This document shows, in pieces, positions 44,694-56,341 of a stretch of DNA of 64,000 nt. Numbering within the stretch: position 1 is the stretch's first letter; every line of letters begins with the position of its first letter. The position numbers and the translations under genes are program-made. This DNA is from a bacterium. GTDB taxonomy: Bacteria > UBA10199 > 2-02-FULL-50-16 > JAJFLM01. The notes below the pieces were generated by a model, which did no database searches, was not told the origin of the DNA, and saw nothing but the letters and a program-made list of their open reading frames with translations. The DNA lies in assembly GCA_965216315.1 (NCBI GenBank), contig CBDCFN010000016.1, positions 1,946,181-2,010,180 on the forward strand. The letters run 5' to 3'.

Positions 44694-47600
44694 TTGCGAA
44701 GCGTTCCCAGGACAAGGAGACAGAGAGCCAGTACAGCCCATGGCAGCCCCGCGTTCACTCTTTCCGCAAATGAAGCGCTTGTTAAGCTACAACTGGAGGA
44801 GCCGCCGCCGCCCTCCACTTCTAAACAATCAAAGAAACCGTCGCGGGGAGCACTGACATCCACTACGAGATGCTCGCATCGATCACATGCACCCAATTCA
44901 ACTCTCTGGGGATCATCAGGGCAGTCGTCATTGCAGTCCAGTACGCCGTCACCGTCGCTGTCGACATCGTCGGTCTTATCCGGATCGTCGGGGCACTGGT
45001 CAACTTGCTCCAGACCGGTCTCCAGGCAGTCGGTGATGCCGTTCTGGTTTTCATCCAGGTCCGCTTCGCCGCAACCGCAGTCGCCCTCCTCCGTCTTGTT
45101 CGGATCATCAGGACACTCGTCATTGCAGTCCAGCACGCCGTCTCCGTCGGAGTCGACATCGAAATCCTTTTCCGGGTCCGTGGGACAGAAATCCTCGCTG
45201 CCGTCCGAGGGCATGCAGTCAGTATCACATCCGTCACCATCGACGCCATTGGCGTCGTCGCACTGCTCGACGCCGGACTGCACAAAACCGTCGCCGCAAA
45301 AAGCGGAGGTACAGTCGGGCAGACACTTATTATAGAACTGATTGGCAACGCCGTTGTCGCATTCCTCGCCCGGACCGACGATGCTGTCACCACAGAACGC
45401 CTGGGTACAGTTGTTCGTGCAACTGTTGCTATTGTCGTTGTCACCGTCGTCGCATTCTTCCGAGCCCTCGGGAATGCCGTTCCCGCAGCTGCCACCTTCA
45501 AGCTCGCAGTTTGCACAGATCAGCCCTAAGGCGGCATAATCAACACCGTCTTCAGGATCGCATTCCTCGCCCGCTGCAATCTGCACGATACCGTCGCCGC
45601 ACACGGCCTCGATGCATTCGTCACTGCAGGAGTCGTCGTTGACGCCGTTGCCGTCGTCACATTCTTCCACGCCGTCACCGGTCAACTGGACCACGCCGTC
45701 GCCGCAAATGTTCTCTGAACAATCGTTCTTGCAGCTGTCATGGGGATCGGTATTGCCATCATCGCAGTCTTCACCGGCCTGCGGGACGCCGTCACCACAT
45801 GATGGTTTTTCACACGTGTTGCTGCATTCATCGTCATCGGTGTCGTTACCGTCGTCACATTCCTCGCCGAGCGTGGCCTGTGTAATGCCGTCACCACATT
45901 CCTCGATCACGCATGTACTACTGCAACCATCGAGCGAGTTATTGTTTGCGTCATCACACTCTTCGCCGTCGTCGAGATTGCCATCACCACAGCGTGCCTC
46001 GATTTCGCATGATTCGGAACACCCATCGCCATTGCTGTTGTTCCCGTCGTCGCAGTCCTCGGTACCGAACTGGACGAAGCCATCGCCACATGCGGCATTC
46101 AAACAACTCGTTGTACATCCGTCGTTGGGATTGACATTGCCGTCGTCGCATACCTCCGTGCCTTCGACGACGCCGTTTCCGCAGCGGGGCTCGACAATGC
46201 AGATATCGGAACATCCGTCGCCGCTCGACTGGTTGCCGTCATCACACTCTTCGCCGTCGTTCGGATCTAAAATGCCGTCACCACAACGCTGGTTGATGCA
46301 GCCCGGGCGGCAGCTGGCGTCGGGGTCGGTGCTGTTGCCGGCGCCGTTGTCACAATCCTCGCCGGGATCCGTGTTGCCGTCGCCGCAGAACGGGGCGATC
46401 ACATGGCAGATCGCGTCGCAGTTGCCGGAATTCGGCGGTTCGCATTCTTCGCCCAGGAGCGGCTGGATGGAACCATCACCGCAGGATTCGGCGACACAGG
46501 TATCGGAACACCCGTCGCCACTCGATTGGTTGCCGTCATCACATTCTTCACCGGCAACAGAATCTCGAATGCCGTCACCACAACGGGATAACACGCAACC
46601 CGGTCGGCAATTGGCATCGGGATCGTTGCTATTGGCCGCACCGTCATCGCATTCCTCACCGGGGTCCGGGTTGCCGTCGCCACAGAAAGGGGCAATAAGC
46701 TGGCAGGCCGCGTCACAGTCATCGACCGAGGGGGGTTCGCACTGTTCGCCCAAGAGCGGCTGGATGGAACCATCGCCGCAGGATTCAGCGACACAGGTAT
46801 CGGAACAGCCGTCCCCGCTCGACTGGTTGCCGTCATCACACTCTTCGCCGTCGTTCGGATCTAAAATGCCGTCACCACAACGCTGGTTGACGCAACCCGG
46901 GCGGCAGGTCGCGTCGGGGTCGGTGCTGTTGCCGGCGCCGTCGTCACATTCTTCGCCGGGATCCGTGTTGCCGTCTCCACAGAACGGGGCAATCACATGG
47001 CAGATCGCGTCGCAGTTGCCTGAATTCGGCGGTTCGCATTCTTCGCCCAGGAGCGGCTGGATGGAACCATCACCGCAGGATTCGGCGACACAGGTATCGG
47101 AACACCCGTCGCCACTCGACTGGTTCCCGTCATCACAATCTTCTCCGCTCTGCTGAATGCCATCGCCGCAACGCTCCTCGCGGCAGAGATGACTGCAGCC
47201 GTCATTATCATCCAAGTCGCCGTCGTCGCATTCCTCGCTGGGCTGCTGAATGTTATCGCCACAGGCTTCCAGCTGACAGGTCGCCGAACAGCCGTCGTTG
47301 TCCGACTGGTTGCCGTCGTCGCACTCTTCATCATCGCCGCCACCGATCGTATTATCAGCACCGTCGGGGTCGAGAACACCGTCGCCGCAGCGCTCTTCAC
47401 GACATAAATGATTGCAACCGTCACCGTCGATGAGGTTGTTGTCGTCGCACTCTTCACTGGGTTGCTGGATACCGTCACCACACGCTTCCAGTTTGCAGTT
47501 AGCATCGCAGCCGTCACCATTGGACTGGGCGCCGTCGTCGCATTCCTCGTTATCGTCGAGCGTAGTGATGTCATTATCAATACCGTTTAGATCAAGAACC

Positions 47601-50600
47601 CCATCCCCGCAGCGCTCGGGTTGGCAAAATTCACTACAGCCATCACCGCTGACCGGAAGACAAACGGCACTGTTCGGATCGACACAGCCGCTGACGTCAG
47701 CCGTCGTGCAAGCCACATTGATATCATCGCTGCAGACGCCACCGTCGTCGCACTGCTCGCCGGCAACACCTTGCGTATGACCATCGCCGCAAACGGCGCT
47801 CTTGCAGTCATCTGTGCATAAGTCGTGATTATCGATGTTGCCGTCGTCGCATTCTTCGGCGACGAGTTGTCCCGTCACCGGGTCGACAAAAACATTGGTG
47901 ATGCCATCACCGCATTCCTCGATCTGGCAAGACCGGCCGCAGCCATCTTTATCCTGCGTGATGCAGACCGCGCTGTTCGGATCGGCACAGCTGGTTACAT
48001 TATCAATGGTGCAGGGCACATTGGGATCATCACTACAAACACCGCCGTCGTCGCATTCTTCGCCGGTATCCAGGACACCGTTACCGCAATTCGGCCCGCC
48101 GTTGCCACCATCGCCGCCACATTCCAGTTCGCAGGAATCCGGATGACAATAACAGTTGTCGGGTACATCCGGGTTTCCGTCTGCATCAAATTCGCATTCT
48201 TCCAGTGCCTCGATCTCACCATTGCCACAGACGGGTCCTTGGCAATCGTTGCCGCAGGCATCATTGTCGACATTATTGCCGTCGTCGCATTCCTCGTCGT
48301 CGTCGGTGTTGGGGATGTTGTCAGGTCCATCCGGGTCGGTAACACCGTCCCCGCAGGATTCAATGTTGCAGGCATTGTTGCAACCATCACCATTCCTTTG
48401 AACACAGGGGGTCGGGTCGCCGTTGGCGTCGACCGGGCACTGCGAAACACTCGTACAGGCGCTTCCGCCTACAAGACAGTGTTGGCCGTCGTCGCACTCT
48501 TCGTCCTTGTCGAGGATACCGTTGCCACAGGATTCAAGTATGCAGAATTCGCTGCAGCCCGGGTGCCGGATCGGTTCACAAAAGTTGAACTTGAGGATCG
48601 GATCGCAGTCAAAATCAGAGGTGCACGCGGTGCCGGTTTGGGAACAAGCACCACCCTCATCACAGCTTTCAAAGGGAGGTTCAACGACACCGTTGCCGCA
48701 TCGGGAATCATTCAATTCGATCGCGCCCCGGTCGCAGGCAGCATCCGGTCCGTAGCGGTCCGTGCCAAGTTGGTCGTCGGCGGGACAATCGTTACTGCCC
48801 GTATCGTTGGCAATACTGGACGCAAGCAGCGGGCAATGCGGTTCGCCGGCGATGCTTGATGAGGTGTCGCAGACGTCCAGGCCGGCATCCGTATCGGGCG
48901 ATACCATAATGTCGTTCGTCATCGCCGCAACAATCGCGCCGCTTAAGTCGCCAAGGAGGTTAAAGTCGTTCGAGTTCAGTCCACCGCTGTAATTGGGTCC
49001 ACTCGCTTTGGCGGTGTTCTCTGCCAGGATCGCGTTTCTCATGCTCGTGTTGCTGTTGAGGCTGAAGACACCGCCGCCCTCCTCACTAGCCAGGTTGCGC
49101 GCAATCGTGGAACTGAAGATATTGATATAGGTCTCCGGGATGACAAAAGGATCCGTCGAACCCGGATCCGGAAAGACGATGCGCGCCTGCTGAAGTTCGG
49201 TGCTGCTAACATCCAGGTAAGCATTCGTCTGAAGGCTGTTTCTAATCGTATCATTGGTGACAATCTGGTTTCCATCGGTACGGCTTCCGTCGCCACCGTC
49301 ATTGCGGCCACCATCCCCACCGTCGTCGAAGATTGACTGGCAGATATTGGGATCCCCCAAGATGAAGAAACCGCCGCCCAGTTTGGCCTCGTTTTCAAAG
49401 ACGCTGGTATTGGTAATGCCGACGTCACTGCACAAAAAAGCCAGTCCGCCGCCGAACTCGCCGGCGAGGTTGCTGTGGAAAGCGCTCTGTTCGATCGTGA
49501 CATTACTGACAGCAGCGCCGATCGCCCCGCCCAGTCCCGTGATACTGTTAACCTCCGAAGAGTCCTCAGCGATGACGAGGTTGTCTGTAAATGTAGAATT
49601 GCCGATGTTGAGGTTGCCCGCCGCCATGACGATGGCGCCCCCGATCGAGGACACGTTACCGGCAAATATTGAGTCCGTGATCTCGACTGTCGAAAGAAAC
49701 TCCGTCGCGACGGCACCGCCAATGCCGTCTTCGCGGCCCACTGTCAGCGGATGCGGTGTCGTCAGCGTGCTGTTGCCTTTCAAGGTAGACTGATGGATTT
49801 CTAAGATACCGGGCCCGCCGCCACCGTTGTTGTCGTCACCTTCCTCACCGACGAGGAGTGCACCGCCGTTATAACATTCATCGCAGATCTCAGGTTGGCA
49901 TTGGTCGGTACAACCATCTCCGTTCTGCGGGGCGCAGATTTCTTGACGATTGGCACTGCAAGGATTCTTGGCATCGCAGAAGGCACCGAGTTCCCCCGTC
50001 GTGACATCCAGGCAGCGGCCACCGTCGTCGCATAACTCTGCCGGCGCATCGACGATACCATCCCCGCAGGATTCCAGTTGACAGAAGCTGTCACAGCCGT
50101 CCCCGGATTGCGGGATGCAATCATTGGCGGCGCCATCGACGACCGGACAAGGATTATTGGCGTCGCAGACGGACCCGTCCGCGGAACAAAGACCGCCGTC
50201 ATCACACTGCTCGCCATTAACGGGTTCTTTTACGCCGTTACCGCAGGAGGCATTGTCTCCGCTGTTCAAGCGCCGACAATTGAAATCACAAGGAGGGCCG
50301 CTCGTATCGCCGGGATCGCATTGCTCACCGTTTTCGACGATGCCATTGCCGCAGCTTTCCAATTGGCAGTCGGCACTACAGCCATCGCCATCGACTCGCT
50401 CTCCGTCGTCGCATTGTTCACCTACATCCACCTGGACGATGCCATCACCACAGAACAGCGGATCGCAACCGGGATTGAATTTATTGATACTAAGGTTGTT
50501 GAATGACGCCAGGCCGCGAACATGGGCGAGCCGGAAGAAAATGTCTCCATCGGGATCCGAGCCGAGACCGACAAGGTCCGCAACGCCACCGCCGTCGATA

Positions 50601-50971
50601 ATGACCGGAGCCTCAATCACAGGCAGTGCGTTGGGGCCGTTGCAGGCATTCAAATTGAAATTATCGACCTGCGTAAATTGGTAGATGCCGGCCGTGAGGA
50701 CAATAGTGTCTGTCCCGTTGCCGGGAGTACAGCCGTCGACTTGTTCTTCGCGCCTCGAGGCTTCGAGCGCCTCGCCGAAAGAACATTTTCCGTCCTGGTC
50801 ACCGCCGATCGTGGGAGGACCTGACGGCAATTCGCCGCAGCGAAGTGGCGCAGCCGCCCCGCTATTACATTGGACCGTCGTATCGACGATAATCGTCGCC
50901 CCGTAGGCGCTGCCCGCAATACTTAAAGTGATTAAAAAGAAAAGAGTCTTACCCAGCGTCTTTGCGTTCAA
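44663..50971 (-). CDS. Giant secreted protein: signal peptide, CSLREA-like motif with a parallel-beta-helix/PMP-like repeat region, dozens of Myxococcus-type Cys-rich repeats, TSP3-like Ca-binding repeats, C-terminal TM anchor
   Basis: Signal peptide [24 protein letters not shown] (TTG start with a GAGGGGG RBS). [11 protein letters not shown] motif. GGAI/GGGL...N repeats. Many C-GDG[17 protein letters not shown] units. [18 protein letters not shown] repeats. C-terminus [19 protein letters not shown]. Confidence 0.9.
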   Translation of the reverse strand: MNAKTLGKTLFFLITLSIAGSAYGATIIVDTTVQCNSGAAAPLRCGELPSGPPTIGGDQDGKCSFGEALEASRREEQVDGCTPGNGTDTIVLTAGIYQFTQVDNFNLNACNGPNALPVIEAPVIIDGGGVADLVGLGSDPDGDIFFRLAHVRGLASFNNLSINKFNPGCDPLFCGDGIVQVDVGEQCDDGERVDGDGCSADCQLESCGNGIVENGEQCDPGDTSGPPCDFNCRRLNSGDNASCGNGVKEPVNGEQCDDGGLCSADGSVCDANNPCPVVDGAANDCIPQSGDGCDSFCQLESCGDGIVDAPAELCDDGGRCLDVTTGELGAFCDAKNPCSANRQEICAPQNGDGCTDQCQPEICDECYNGGALLVGEEGDDNNGGGGPGILEIHQSTLKGNSTLTTPHPLTVGREDGIGGAVATEFLSTVEITDSIFAGNVSSIGGAIVMAAGNLNIGNSTFTDNLVIAEDSSEVNSITGLGGAIGAAVSNVTIEQSAFHSNLAGEFGGGLAFLCSDVGITNTSVFENEAKLGGGFFILGDPNICQSIFDDGGDGGRNDGGDGSRTDGNQIVTNDTIRNSLQTNAYLDVSSTELQQARIVFPDPGSTDPFVIPETYINIFSSTIARNLASEEGGGVFSLNSNTSMRNAILAENTAKASGPNYSGGLNSNDFNLLGDLSGAIVAAMTNDIMVSPDTDAGLDVCDTSSSIAGEPHCPLLASSIANDTGSNDCPADDQLGTDRYGPDAACDRGAIELNDSRCGNGVVEPPFESCDEGGACSQTGTACTSDFDCDPILKFNFCEPIRHPGCSEFCILESCGNGILDKDEECDDGQHCLVGGSACTSVSQCPVDANGDPTPCVQRNGDGCNNACNIESCGDGVTDPDGPDNIPNTDDDEECDDGNNVDNDACGNDCQGPVCGNGEIEALEECEFDADGNPDVPDNCYCHPDSCELECGGDGGNGGPNCGNGVLDTGEECDDGGVCSDDPNVPCTIDNVTSCADPNSAVCITQDKDGCGRSCQIEECGDGITNVFVDPVTGQLVAEECDDGNIDNHDLCTDDCKSAVCGDGHTQGVAGEQCDDGGVCSDDINVACTTADVSGCVDPNSAVCLPVSGDGCSEFCQPERCGDGVLDLNGIDNDITTLDDNEECDDGAQSNGDGCDANCKLEACGDGIQQPSEECDDNNLIDGDGCNHLCREERCGDGVLDPDGADNTIGGGDDEECDDGNQSDNDGCSATCQLEACGDNIQQPSEECDDGDLDDNDGCSHLCREERCGDGIQQSGEDCDDGNQSSGDGCSDTCVAESCGDGSIQPLLGEECEPPNSGNCDAICHVIAPFCGDGNTDPGEECDDGAGNSTDPDATCRPGCVNQRCGDGILDPNDGEECDDGNQSSGDGCSDTCVAESCGDGSIQPLLGEQCEPPSVDDCDAACQLIAPFCGDGNPDPGEECDDGAANSNDPDANCRPGCVLSRCGDGIRDSVAGEECDDGNQSSGDGCSDTCVAESCGDGSIQPLLGEECEPPNSGNCDAICHVIAPFCGDGNTDPGEDCDNGAGNSTDPDASCRPGCINQRCGDGILDPNDGEECDDGNQSSGDGCSDICIVEPRCGNGVVEGTEVCDDGNVNPNDGCTTSCLNAACGDGFVQFGTEDCDDGNNSNGDGCSESCEIEARCGDGNLDDGEECDDANNNSLDGCSSTCVIEECGDGITQATLGEECDDGNDTDDDECSNTCEKPSCGDGVPQAGEDCDDGNTDPHDSCKNDCSENICGDGVVQLTGDGVEECDDGNGVNDDSCSDECIEAVCGDGIVQIAAGEECDPEDGVDYAALGLICANCELEGGSCGNGIPEGSEECDDGDNDNSNSCTNNCTQAFCGDSIVGPGEECDNGVANQFYNKCLPDCTSAFCGDGFVQSGVEQCDDANGVDGDGCDTDCMPSDGSEDFCPTDPEKDFDVDSDGDGVLDCNDECPDDPNKTEEGDCGCGEADLDENQNGITDCLETGLEQVDQCPDDPDKTDDVDSDGDGVLDCNDDCPDDPQRVELGACDRCEHLVVDVSAPRDGFFDCLEVEGGGGSSSCSLTSASFAERVNAGLPWAVLALCLLVLGTLRKRQSLAARIK
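46206..47097 (-). repeat. Three tandem 297-bp (99-codon) coding repeats inside the Cys-rich gene
   Basis: The tatcggaaca(t/c/g)ccgtc(g/c)cc(g/a)ctcga(c/t)tgg motif recurs at about 46206, 46503, 46800 and 47097. Units 1 and 3 are nearly identical (protein ...[42 protein letters not shown]...). Confidence 0.85.
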
Positions 50972-51258
50972 GTAGTTGCCCCCTCTAGTGCGCCATCATC
51001 AGGGGTAATTGTACCGTTTTCCGGGGCAAAATGAAGCCACTTGTCATGCGAAAGTCTTCGCTGGAGGTTGGCTATCCATTTAACTAATTGAAATTATTAA
51101 TTAATATTAAATATAAAAAAATGTTCTGATTAAGGGGCAATTGGCACAAAGTTTTATCGATATGAGAATTTTAGTAAAATTGCCTTTTGATCTGCGGCTT
51201 TATGCGTGGCGCCGCAAAAGAGTGGATTCGGCTGCTTCACTTGCAGGACCTTCACACC

Positions 51259-52494
51259 TCAATCCGACATAAACTCAATCAACTCCTGATGCTGACTCTT
51301 AGCGTCCTCAAAACCGAGATCTAAGAGCCGTTTGAGATAGTGTGGTGAAAAGCTCAAATAGGATAAGAGGTCGACGCCGCTATAAGGGTCGACGTCCATC
51401 GTGCGGAGCAGAAACTTTTCGAAAAAGGTCTGCTCATCCTTATTGCGCTGCCGAAAGCATTCTTTGAAGATTTCGCCGATGTCCACCGAAGGTCGGATGT
51501 GCAAGACTTTGAGATGCTTGAGTCCACGGTCAGCGATATCGCCCTCGATGTTGTGATCCTCGATCATCTGATTGACTTCGCTTAAAAAAGTCGGACCGTG
51601 GACCTTCTCTCCCCACTCGATAATGCGGTTGATGCGATTCAGCTGTTCAAAGTCATACTGCACGCGATCTAAAAAGATCGCATTCATCACCCGACTCACG
51701 ATGGCCCCTAACGACGGTTGACGCCCTCGCTCTCCCCGCTCGGGAGCGGCCTCACCGGGAAGGGCCCGATGATTCAAGCCAATCGCCAACACCCGGTCTG
51801 CACCGAGATGAATGGCCGGAGACAACGGCGTATTCAGGCGCAGACCGCCGTCGATATAGGGAATATCGCCGATCATCACTGCCGGAAAAACAATTGGAAT
51901 CGCCGCCGAGGCACGGGCATGGTTAGGCATGATTTCCGTAATGTGCGCTACACAATCACCTTGATAAGCGGTCTGGTCATGCTTCTCAACGAATAATTCC
52001 AAACGCCCCGTAAGCACGTTGGTGACAACCAGCGAAATCGCATCGATTAAGCCGTCATTGATATTCCGGCTCAAGCGTTTCCAATCGATGATGCGACAGA
52101 TAAACGGATTGAACGGCGAGGTGTCCAAGAAACCCGGAAAGTGCGGGTTCGCCTGACCCGGCCGCCTGAATACTTTCTCCAAAAACCCGACGCTGGTCTT
52201 GCGCAGAAAACCCGCGAGCGCACTCAGGTTACGTCGATAGATATCCTCACTACGCACGTCTTCCCACAGTTTCCTGATCGCACGCGCCTGCAAGTCATGG
52301 TCGTGCGCCGTCGAGACCATAAAACAGGTATTGATGGCGCCCACCGACGAGCCGCACTGAATATCAAAACGCCGCGTCCGAACCGGATTCGGCAGCATCG
52401 TGCGAATGTAATGAATGATCCCCGCTTCGTACGCCCCCCGCGCTCCGCCGCCGGATAAAACTAATGCGATTTTAGCCGGCCGCGACTCCGTCAT
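51259..52494 (-). CDS. Patatin-like phospholipase
   Basis: LVLSGGGARGAYEAGI oxyanion motif, GSSVGAIN (GxSxG), DGG catalytic Asp motif (YIDGGLR). Confidence 0.9.
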   Translation of the reverse strand: MTESRPAKIALVLSGGGARGAYEAGIIHYIRTMLPNPVRTRRFDIQCGSSVGAINTCFMVSTAHDHDLQARAIRKLWEDVRSEDIYRRNLSALAGFLRKTSVGFLEKVFRRPGQANPHFPGFLDTSPFNPFICRIIDWKRLSRNINDGLIDAISLVVTNVLTGRLELFVEKHDQTAYQGDCVAHITEIMPNHARASAAIPIVFPAVMIGDIPYIDGGLRLNTPLSPAIHLGADRVLAIGLNHRALPGEAAPERGERGRQPSLGAIVSRVMNAIFLDRVQYDFEQLNRINRIIEWGEKVHGPTFLSEVNQMIEDHNIEGDIADRGLKHLKVLHIRPSVDIGEIFKECFRQRNKDEQTFFEKFLLRTMDVDPYSGVDLLSYLSFSPHYLKRLLDLGFEDAKSQHQELIEFMSD

Positions 52495-52546
52495 GGCGGG
52501 CGATTATAGCCGAATAGCTGGATTTTTTATAGCTATTACGACGGTA

Positions 52547-53368
52547 TTACCGTTTCCACAGATAGAACGAATCCGTCACGTAGGTCATTTTATCCTCGCC
52601 GACTTGGCGGATCGCAATCCGATAACCGTGCCCCCGTATCTCCGGGGCATCATCCGGAAGTTCCTCGCGACCATCAAAGAACGATAGTTTCGTCTCCCCA
52701 TCGACAGTGTGCGTCCCCAAATCCAGTACATGCTTGAAATCGGGGCCAACAACCAATGACGCCTCGAGCTCAACCGGGCCGTCCGTTTCAACGGCAACAA
52801 CAACAGGCTCGAACAATAAGACGGGATAATGATCCGGATCAATTTTAGTCACCGAACTGATTGTCCCCGCAACATTCGATAGGTCCGGCCTTTCCGCATA
52901 GTCCCCTGCATTAAAGGAAGCATCGGACGCGACATCCCAGGAAAATCGAACGCCAAACCCGCCACTAAAGGCCAGATTATCGAAATCCGTCGTGGCGAGA
53001 CCCGTGTACGCAGTCAGGCCGACGTGATCGGTCACGTTAGCTAAGAAAAGGACGCCGGCCTCTCCGGTGGTCACAAGGTCACCGCTCGTCAGGCTCTCTA
53101 TGTCTTCAGTCACTCCCAACTGCCCCCCGAGCCAAACATCGGGATCAAGCTGGCCTAAAAGGCCGAAATGAAACGCAACATTATACGAAGGAATCTCGGC
53201 GGAGCCCCCATCGAAAGGCACGAGCAACTCCGCCGCCGCCGTCGCATCGATGAGCAGGTCATCGGTCTCAATTTGTAGGTTAGGTCCAATCGAACCACCC
53301 AACAGTGTCTGACCTGCCCCGGATAAAACGGAACTGTCCAGTTCAATACCTAAACGCACCTCTCCCAC
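52547..53368 (-). CDS. Hypothetical protein (273 aa), beta-rich
   Basis: GTG start preceded by GGAGG; no recognised domain. Confidence 0.5.
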   Translation of the reverse strand: MGEVRLGIELDSSVLSGAGQTLLGGSIGPNLQIETDDLLIDATAAAELLVPFDGGSAEIPSYNVAFHFGLLGQLDPDVWLGGQLGVTEDIESLTSGDLVTTGEAGVLFLANVTDHVGLTAYTGLATTDFDNLAFSGGFGVRFSWDVASDASFNAGDYAERPDLSNVAGTISSVTKIDPDHYPVLLFEPVVVAVETDGPVELEASLVVGPDFKHVLDLGTHTVDGETKLSFFDGREELPDDAPEIRGHGYRIAIRQVGEDKMTYVTDSFYLWKR

Positions 53369-53481
53369 AACACACCTCCACGGCTCATTGCATACTGCTA
53401 ATTGTTCATGAAGTATCGCACCTAGGGAGATTATCGGCGCTTAGACAAGAGAAGTTCTGACGACAATTTGCGAAACGGTTT

Positions 53482-53901
53482 CTAATTCGCCCGCTTAAGA
53501 GTACAGATGATTGATTCTGCATCTGCATAGTCTACAATGATACCACCAAGATCAAGGGCCCCGTGAGCTTGAATAACCACATTATATTTAATCGAATTTG
53601 ACATCACTAACTTCGCTGAATTCATACAAGACCGCATTATTTCACGCACAGAACTGTTTCCCATATTCAAATTATCAAAACGAAATCCGTCAAGCCCTTG
53701 AATGCTTTCTCCAATAATATAGATCCGTGTCGTCCCGAAATTCGTGTTGTAAAGATGCGTGACATCCGTAATTTTTGTGAACTCGGCCGTATGAGTCTTT
53801 GGAGGATCGGCCGCAATCACGATTTGACCGACAAACATCACTGCAATAAATGAAAGCAAACCGGCTAAGCGAACCCTATTTTTCATATTTTTCTCCTTCA
53901 T
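53482..53901 (-). CDS. Secreted hypothetical protein
   Basis: Signal peptide LAGLLSFIAVMFVGQIVIAA; 139 aa. Confidence 0.55.
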   Translation of the reverse strand: MKEKNMKNRVRLAGLLSFIAVMFVGQIVIAADPPKTHTAEFTKITDVTHLYNTNFGTTRIYIIGESIQGLDGFRFDNLNMGNSSVREIMRSCMNSAKLVMSNSIKYNVVIQAHGALDLGGIIVDYADAESIICTLKRAN

Positions 53902-53904
53902 TGC

Positions 53905-54312
53905 TTAAAACTCTCCCATGATGATGCGCCATTCTTCTTCCAGCTGTCCCGCTAGCAGAGCGGCCTTGGCCTTAAACGGCACCGCAAAAACCGAAAACGG
54001 ATTAGGCCCCGACTCGTTGCCAGGCCCTGAGTCGGCCTCCCCCCCTCCAGCGGACGGATCCTCCGCCAATGGGTCTCCGGCCGGTGAATCGGACCCAGCC
54101 TCAGCTTCGGCTTCAACCTCGGGTTCTCCACCCTCATCGACAACATCATCACTCGCAAATGGCTCCTCATTCACCTCTTCAGCGGAACCTGCATCGCCGG
54201 CCGGTAATGACGTCCCCTGACAAGCGGATAGCAGGAAAGTAACGGCGCAAGCTATGGAGATAAAAGGGGAAATCCCGATACGGCAGAGGCTGAAATTCAT
54301 TGCACGCATCAT
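53905..54312 (-). CDS. Acidic lipoprotein
   Basis: Lipobox FLLSAC followed by D/E/G/A-rich low complexity. Confidence 0.55.
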   Translation of the reverse strand: MMRAMNFSLCRIGISPFISIACAVTFLLSACQGTSLPAGDAGSAEEVNEEPFASDDVVDEGGEPEVEAEAEAGSDSPAGDPLAEDPSAGGGEADSGPGNESGPNPFSVFAVPFKAKAALLAGQLEEEWRIIMGEF

Positions 54313-54426
54313 AGCATAGGGGACTCCACCCTCACCACGGAATTGTGCCTAAAAGTGCTTACACGAGTTAACAGATACTGAACCCGGCGAGAAACCCGAT
54401 CCCGTCTCACGGCCGAAAACTTGGGA

Positions 54427-55062
54427 ATGAACACATCCACCTCTTTCTTCAAATTCACGTTGTTTCTCTTCTCACTCAGCCTGGTCACGGCCTGCCATTA
54501 TAGTGGCGGCATTACTGATTCGGATTATGACTTCGGCCCGTCGATTACGGAAGACCTTCCCCCTGAAGTCGCTGAAGCCATCGCCGAGGATATCGAAACC
54601 GAATTCGACCGACAGGCAAATGAAGACGAAATTATTGATGAAGTAAGATCAACGGAATTGAGCGATGAGCTCCTTGAAGAGCTTGATAAAACCGAAGCCC
54701 TTGGCAACGATGATACTGAGCTGGACGAAGAAAACACCGCAAACAACGGATCCGAAACAGATGCTGAAGAACCCACCGTGGAACCCGAAGAACCGAGCGA
54801 AGTCGTCGTCACTCCCGCCAATCCGGATGCCAATATCACCGTAAGCCCGACTTTTACGAATATTGAGACCAGCATACAGCCGCACTGGGAACCGCGTCCC
54901 GCAGTTCGCCAAATTCCTCCCCGCGAAGAAGAAATCAATTACAACAACACCATCTCTTACGACGTTTCCGATGAACGACAGGAGTTCGACATAGCCGATA
55001 CCGTTTACTACGAAGCGGATAATAATAATAATCGTGACTGCCGCCGCTGCAGGCGTGATTAA
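54427..55062 (+). CDS. Acidic lipoprotein
   Basis: Lipobox SLVTAC, E/D-rich. I prefer ATG 54427 over the TTG at 54421. Confidence 0.6.
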   Translation: MNTSTSFFKFTLFLFSLSLVTACHYSGGITDSDYDFGPSITEDLPPEVAEAIAEDIETEFDRQANEDEIIDEVRSTELSDELLEELDKTEALGNDDTELDEENTANNGSETDAEEPTVEPEEPSEVVVTPANPDANITVSPTFTNIETSIQPHWEPRPAVRQIPPREEEINYNNTISYDVSDERQEFDIADTVYYEADNNNNRDCRRCRRD

Positions 55063-55126
55063 AATCAGTTATACTCGTTAGAAAAGTTTTCTCGCGCCTA
55101 TTGACCATTTTCGCTACAATTCCAGC

Positions 55127-56329
55127 GTGGGTCTCTGGAAGCGCACGCGGATTTGGGCTGTACTCTTCACCTTCCTCGCTCTGGCCAGTTGTTCAGGTAC
55201 GGGAACACCGGGTGATACTCTCCCTGCTGCACCACCCGTGCCACCAGCAGAAATTCCTTCGTTTCTTCAATTTCCAGAAAGTCTAGCCATCGATTTCAGT
55301 GAGTTAAATCAAGCAGAGGGCAATCCGAGCGTTTCGGCATTGCAAACTCAATTTGCCAGTGATCAGACACGCGAAGAAATTATCCGTGATCGGATTGAAT
55401 TCATCGTCGGAAGTAGCAACGAGTTTAATGAAACCCTGGAATTCCTCTTGCAGCCGGCCAGCAATGCCCGGATTCCCGTCAGGCCTCAACAACAAGACTT
55501 TGAAACAGTCGTGGAAATGACCGGAATGGTCGAAGGGTTCCCGCAAACGGTCAGCCTCAACGCTGTCTTCGATTTCCGTGACTTTGACTTCGACGGAGAC
55601 AATCAACCGGATGGCTGTTCTGGCTGTACCTGCCCGGTCGGCTGTGAAGCCGATGGCCTCAGCGTCTGTCCTGCCGAGGCCCCTGCCACCGATTTCAAGC
55701 CCGTTTGTTTTCGGATCTGGTTAAACAATGAACGCTATATGGCGGGAAAGTTTGATGCCTCCCCGGCTTCATTGCCCACGGAGGGTAACCCGGGTGCCGG
55801 CGTCTTTCGCGCCAGTGAAACTCTTGATATGCCCAACGTTGAAGCCGAGATATCGAGCGCACGTATTGGTGCCAACTATGATCAAAGAGACTCAGACAAG
55901 CAATTCAATGATTTGTTTTTGCATGCCTTCCTCGGCGGAGTTAATCCTATCGCAACGCATATCATCTCGGAAGCAGTCCTGTCCGGCGCAGACCTAATCA
56001 AAACCTTTAATGCCACTGCCAACATCTTCGACAGTCCGGAAGATAAAAATCCACAATTTTTTGCCAAACAGGTCTCCAAATTCAGAGAAGGTACTGACTT
56101 TATCGGACTTCATGTAGTCGCCGGCGGTATTGATGACGATACGGGCGAGTTTACCGGAGAGCTACCCATCCTCTCTCCCCCCATCTGCGCCCAGATCTCG
56201 ACGGCCATTGAGACATCCCTTGGGATTTGCCAGGACCTCGAAATCGATGTTACCGGAATTGATTTTGCCTCTGATGTTCAAGAGGCAGATGTTACCTTGC
56301 CACCGCTCGACGACTTTCCCGATCTGTAA
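55127..56329 (+). CDS. Lipoprotein, unknown function (400 aa)
   Basis: Lipobox LALASC; GTG start. Confidence 0.6.
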   Translation: MGLWKRTRIWAVLFTFLALASCSGTGTPGDTLPAAPPVPPAEIPSFLQFPESLAIDFSELNQAEGNPSVSALQTQFASDQTREEIIRDRIEFIVGSSNEFNETLEFLLQPASNARIPVRPQQQDFETVVEMTGMVEGFPQTVSLNAVFDFRDFDFDGDNQPDGCSGCTCPVGCEADGLSVCPAEAPATDFKPVCFRIWLNNERYMAGKFDASPASLPTEGNPGAGVFRASETLDMPNVEAEISSARIGANYDQRDSDKQFNDLFLHAFLGGVNPIATHIISEAVLSGADLIKTFNATANIFDSPEDKNPQFFAKQVSKFREGTDFIGLHVVAGGIDDDTGEFTGELPILSPPICAQISTAIETSLGICQDLEIDVTGIDFASDVQEADVTLPPLDDFPDL

Positions 56330-56341
56330 CAAGTACGTCCG

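Noticed and set aside
46206-47097. Regularly spaced 297-bp repeats as a possible CRISPR-like or satellite array.
   Set aside because: The period is far too long, there are no unique spacers, and the repeats are in-frame coding units of the Cys-rich protein.
44637-50906. Many long ORFs on the + strand and in alternative - frames inside the Cys-rich gene (e.g. 45612-47156, 514 aa Ser/Pro-rich; 47825-48859, 344 aa; 44637-45335).
   Set aside because: They are mirror or alternate frames of a highly repetitive GC-rich gene (GAC/GGC/TGC codon repeats leave other frames open). Only the 44663-50971 minus frame has a signal peptide, regular Cys spacing and recognisable repeat families.
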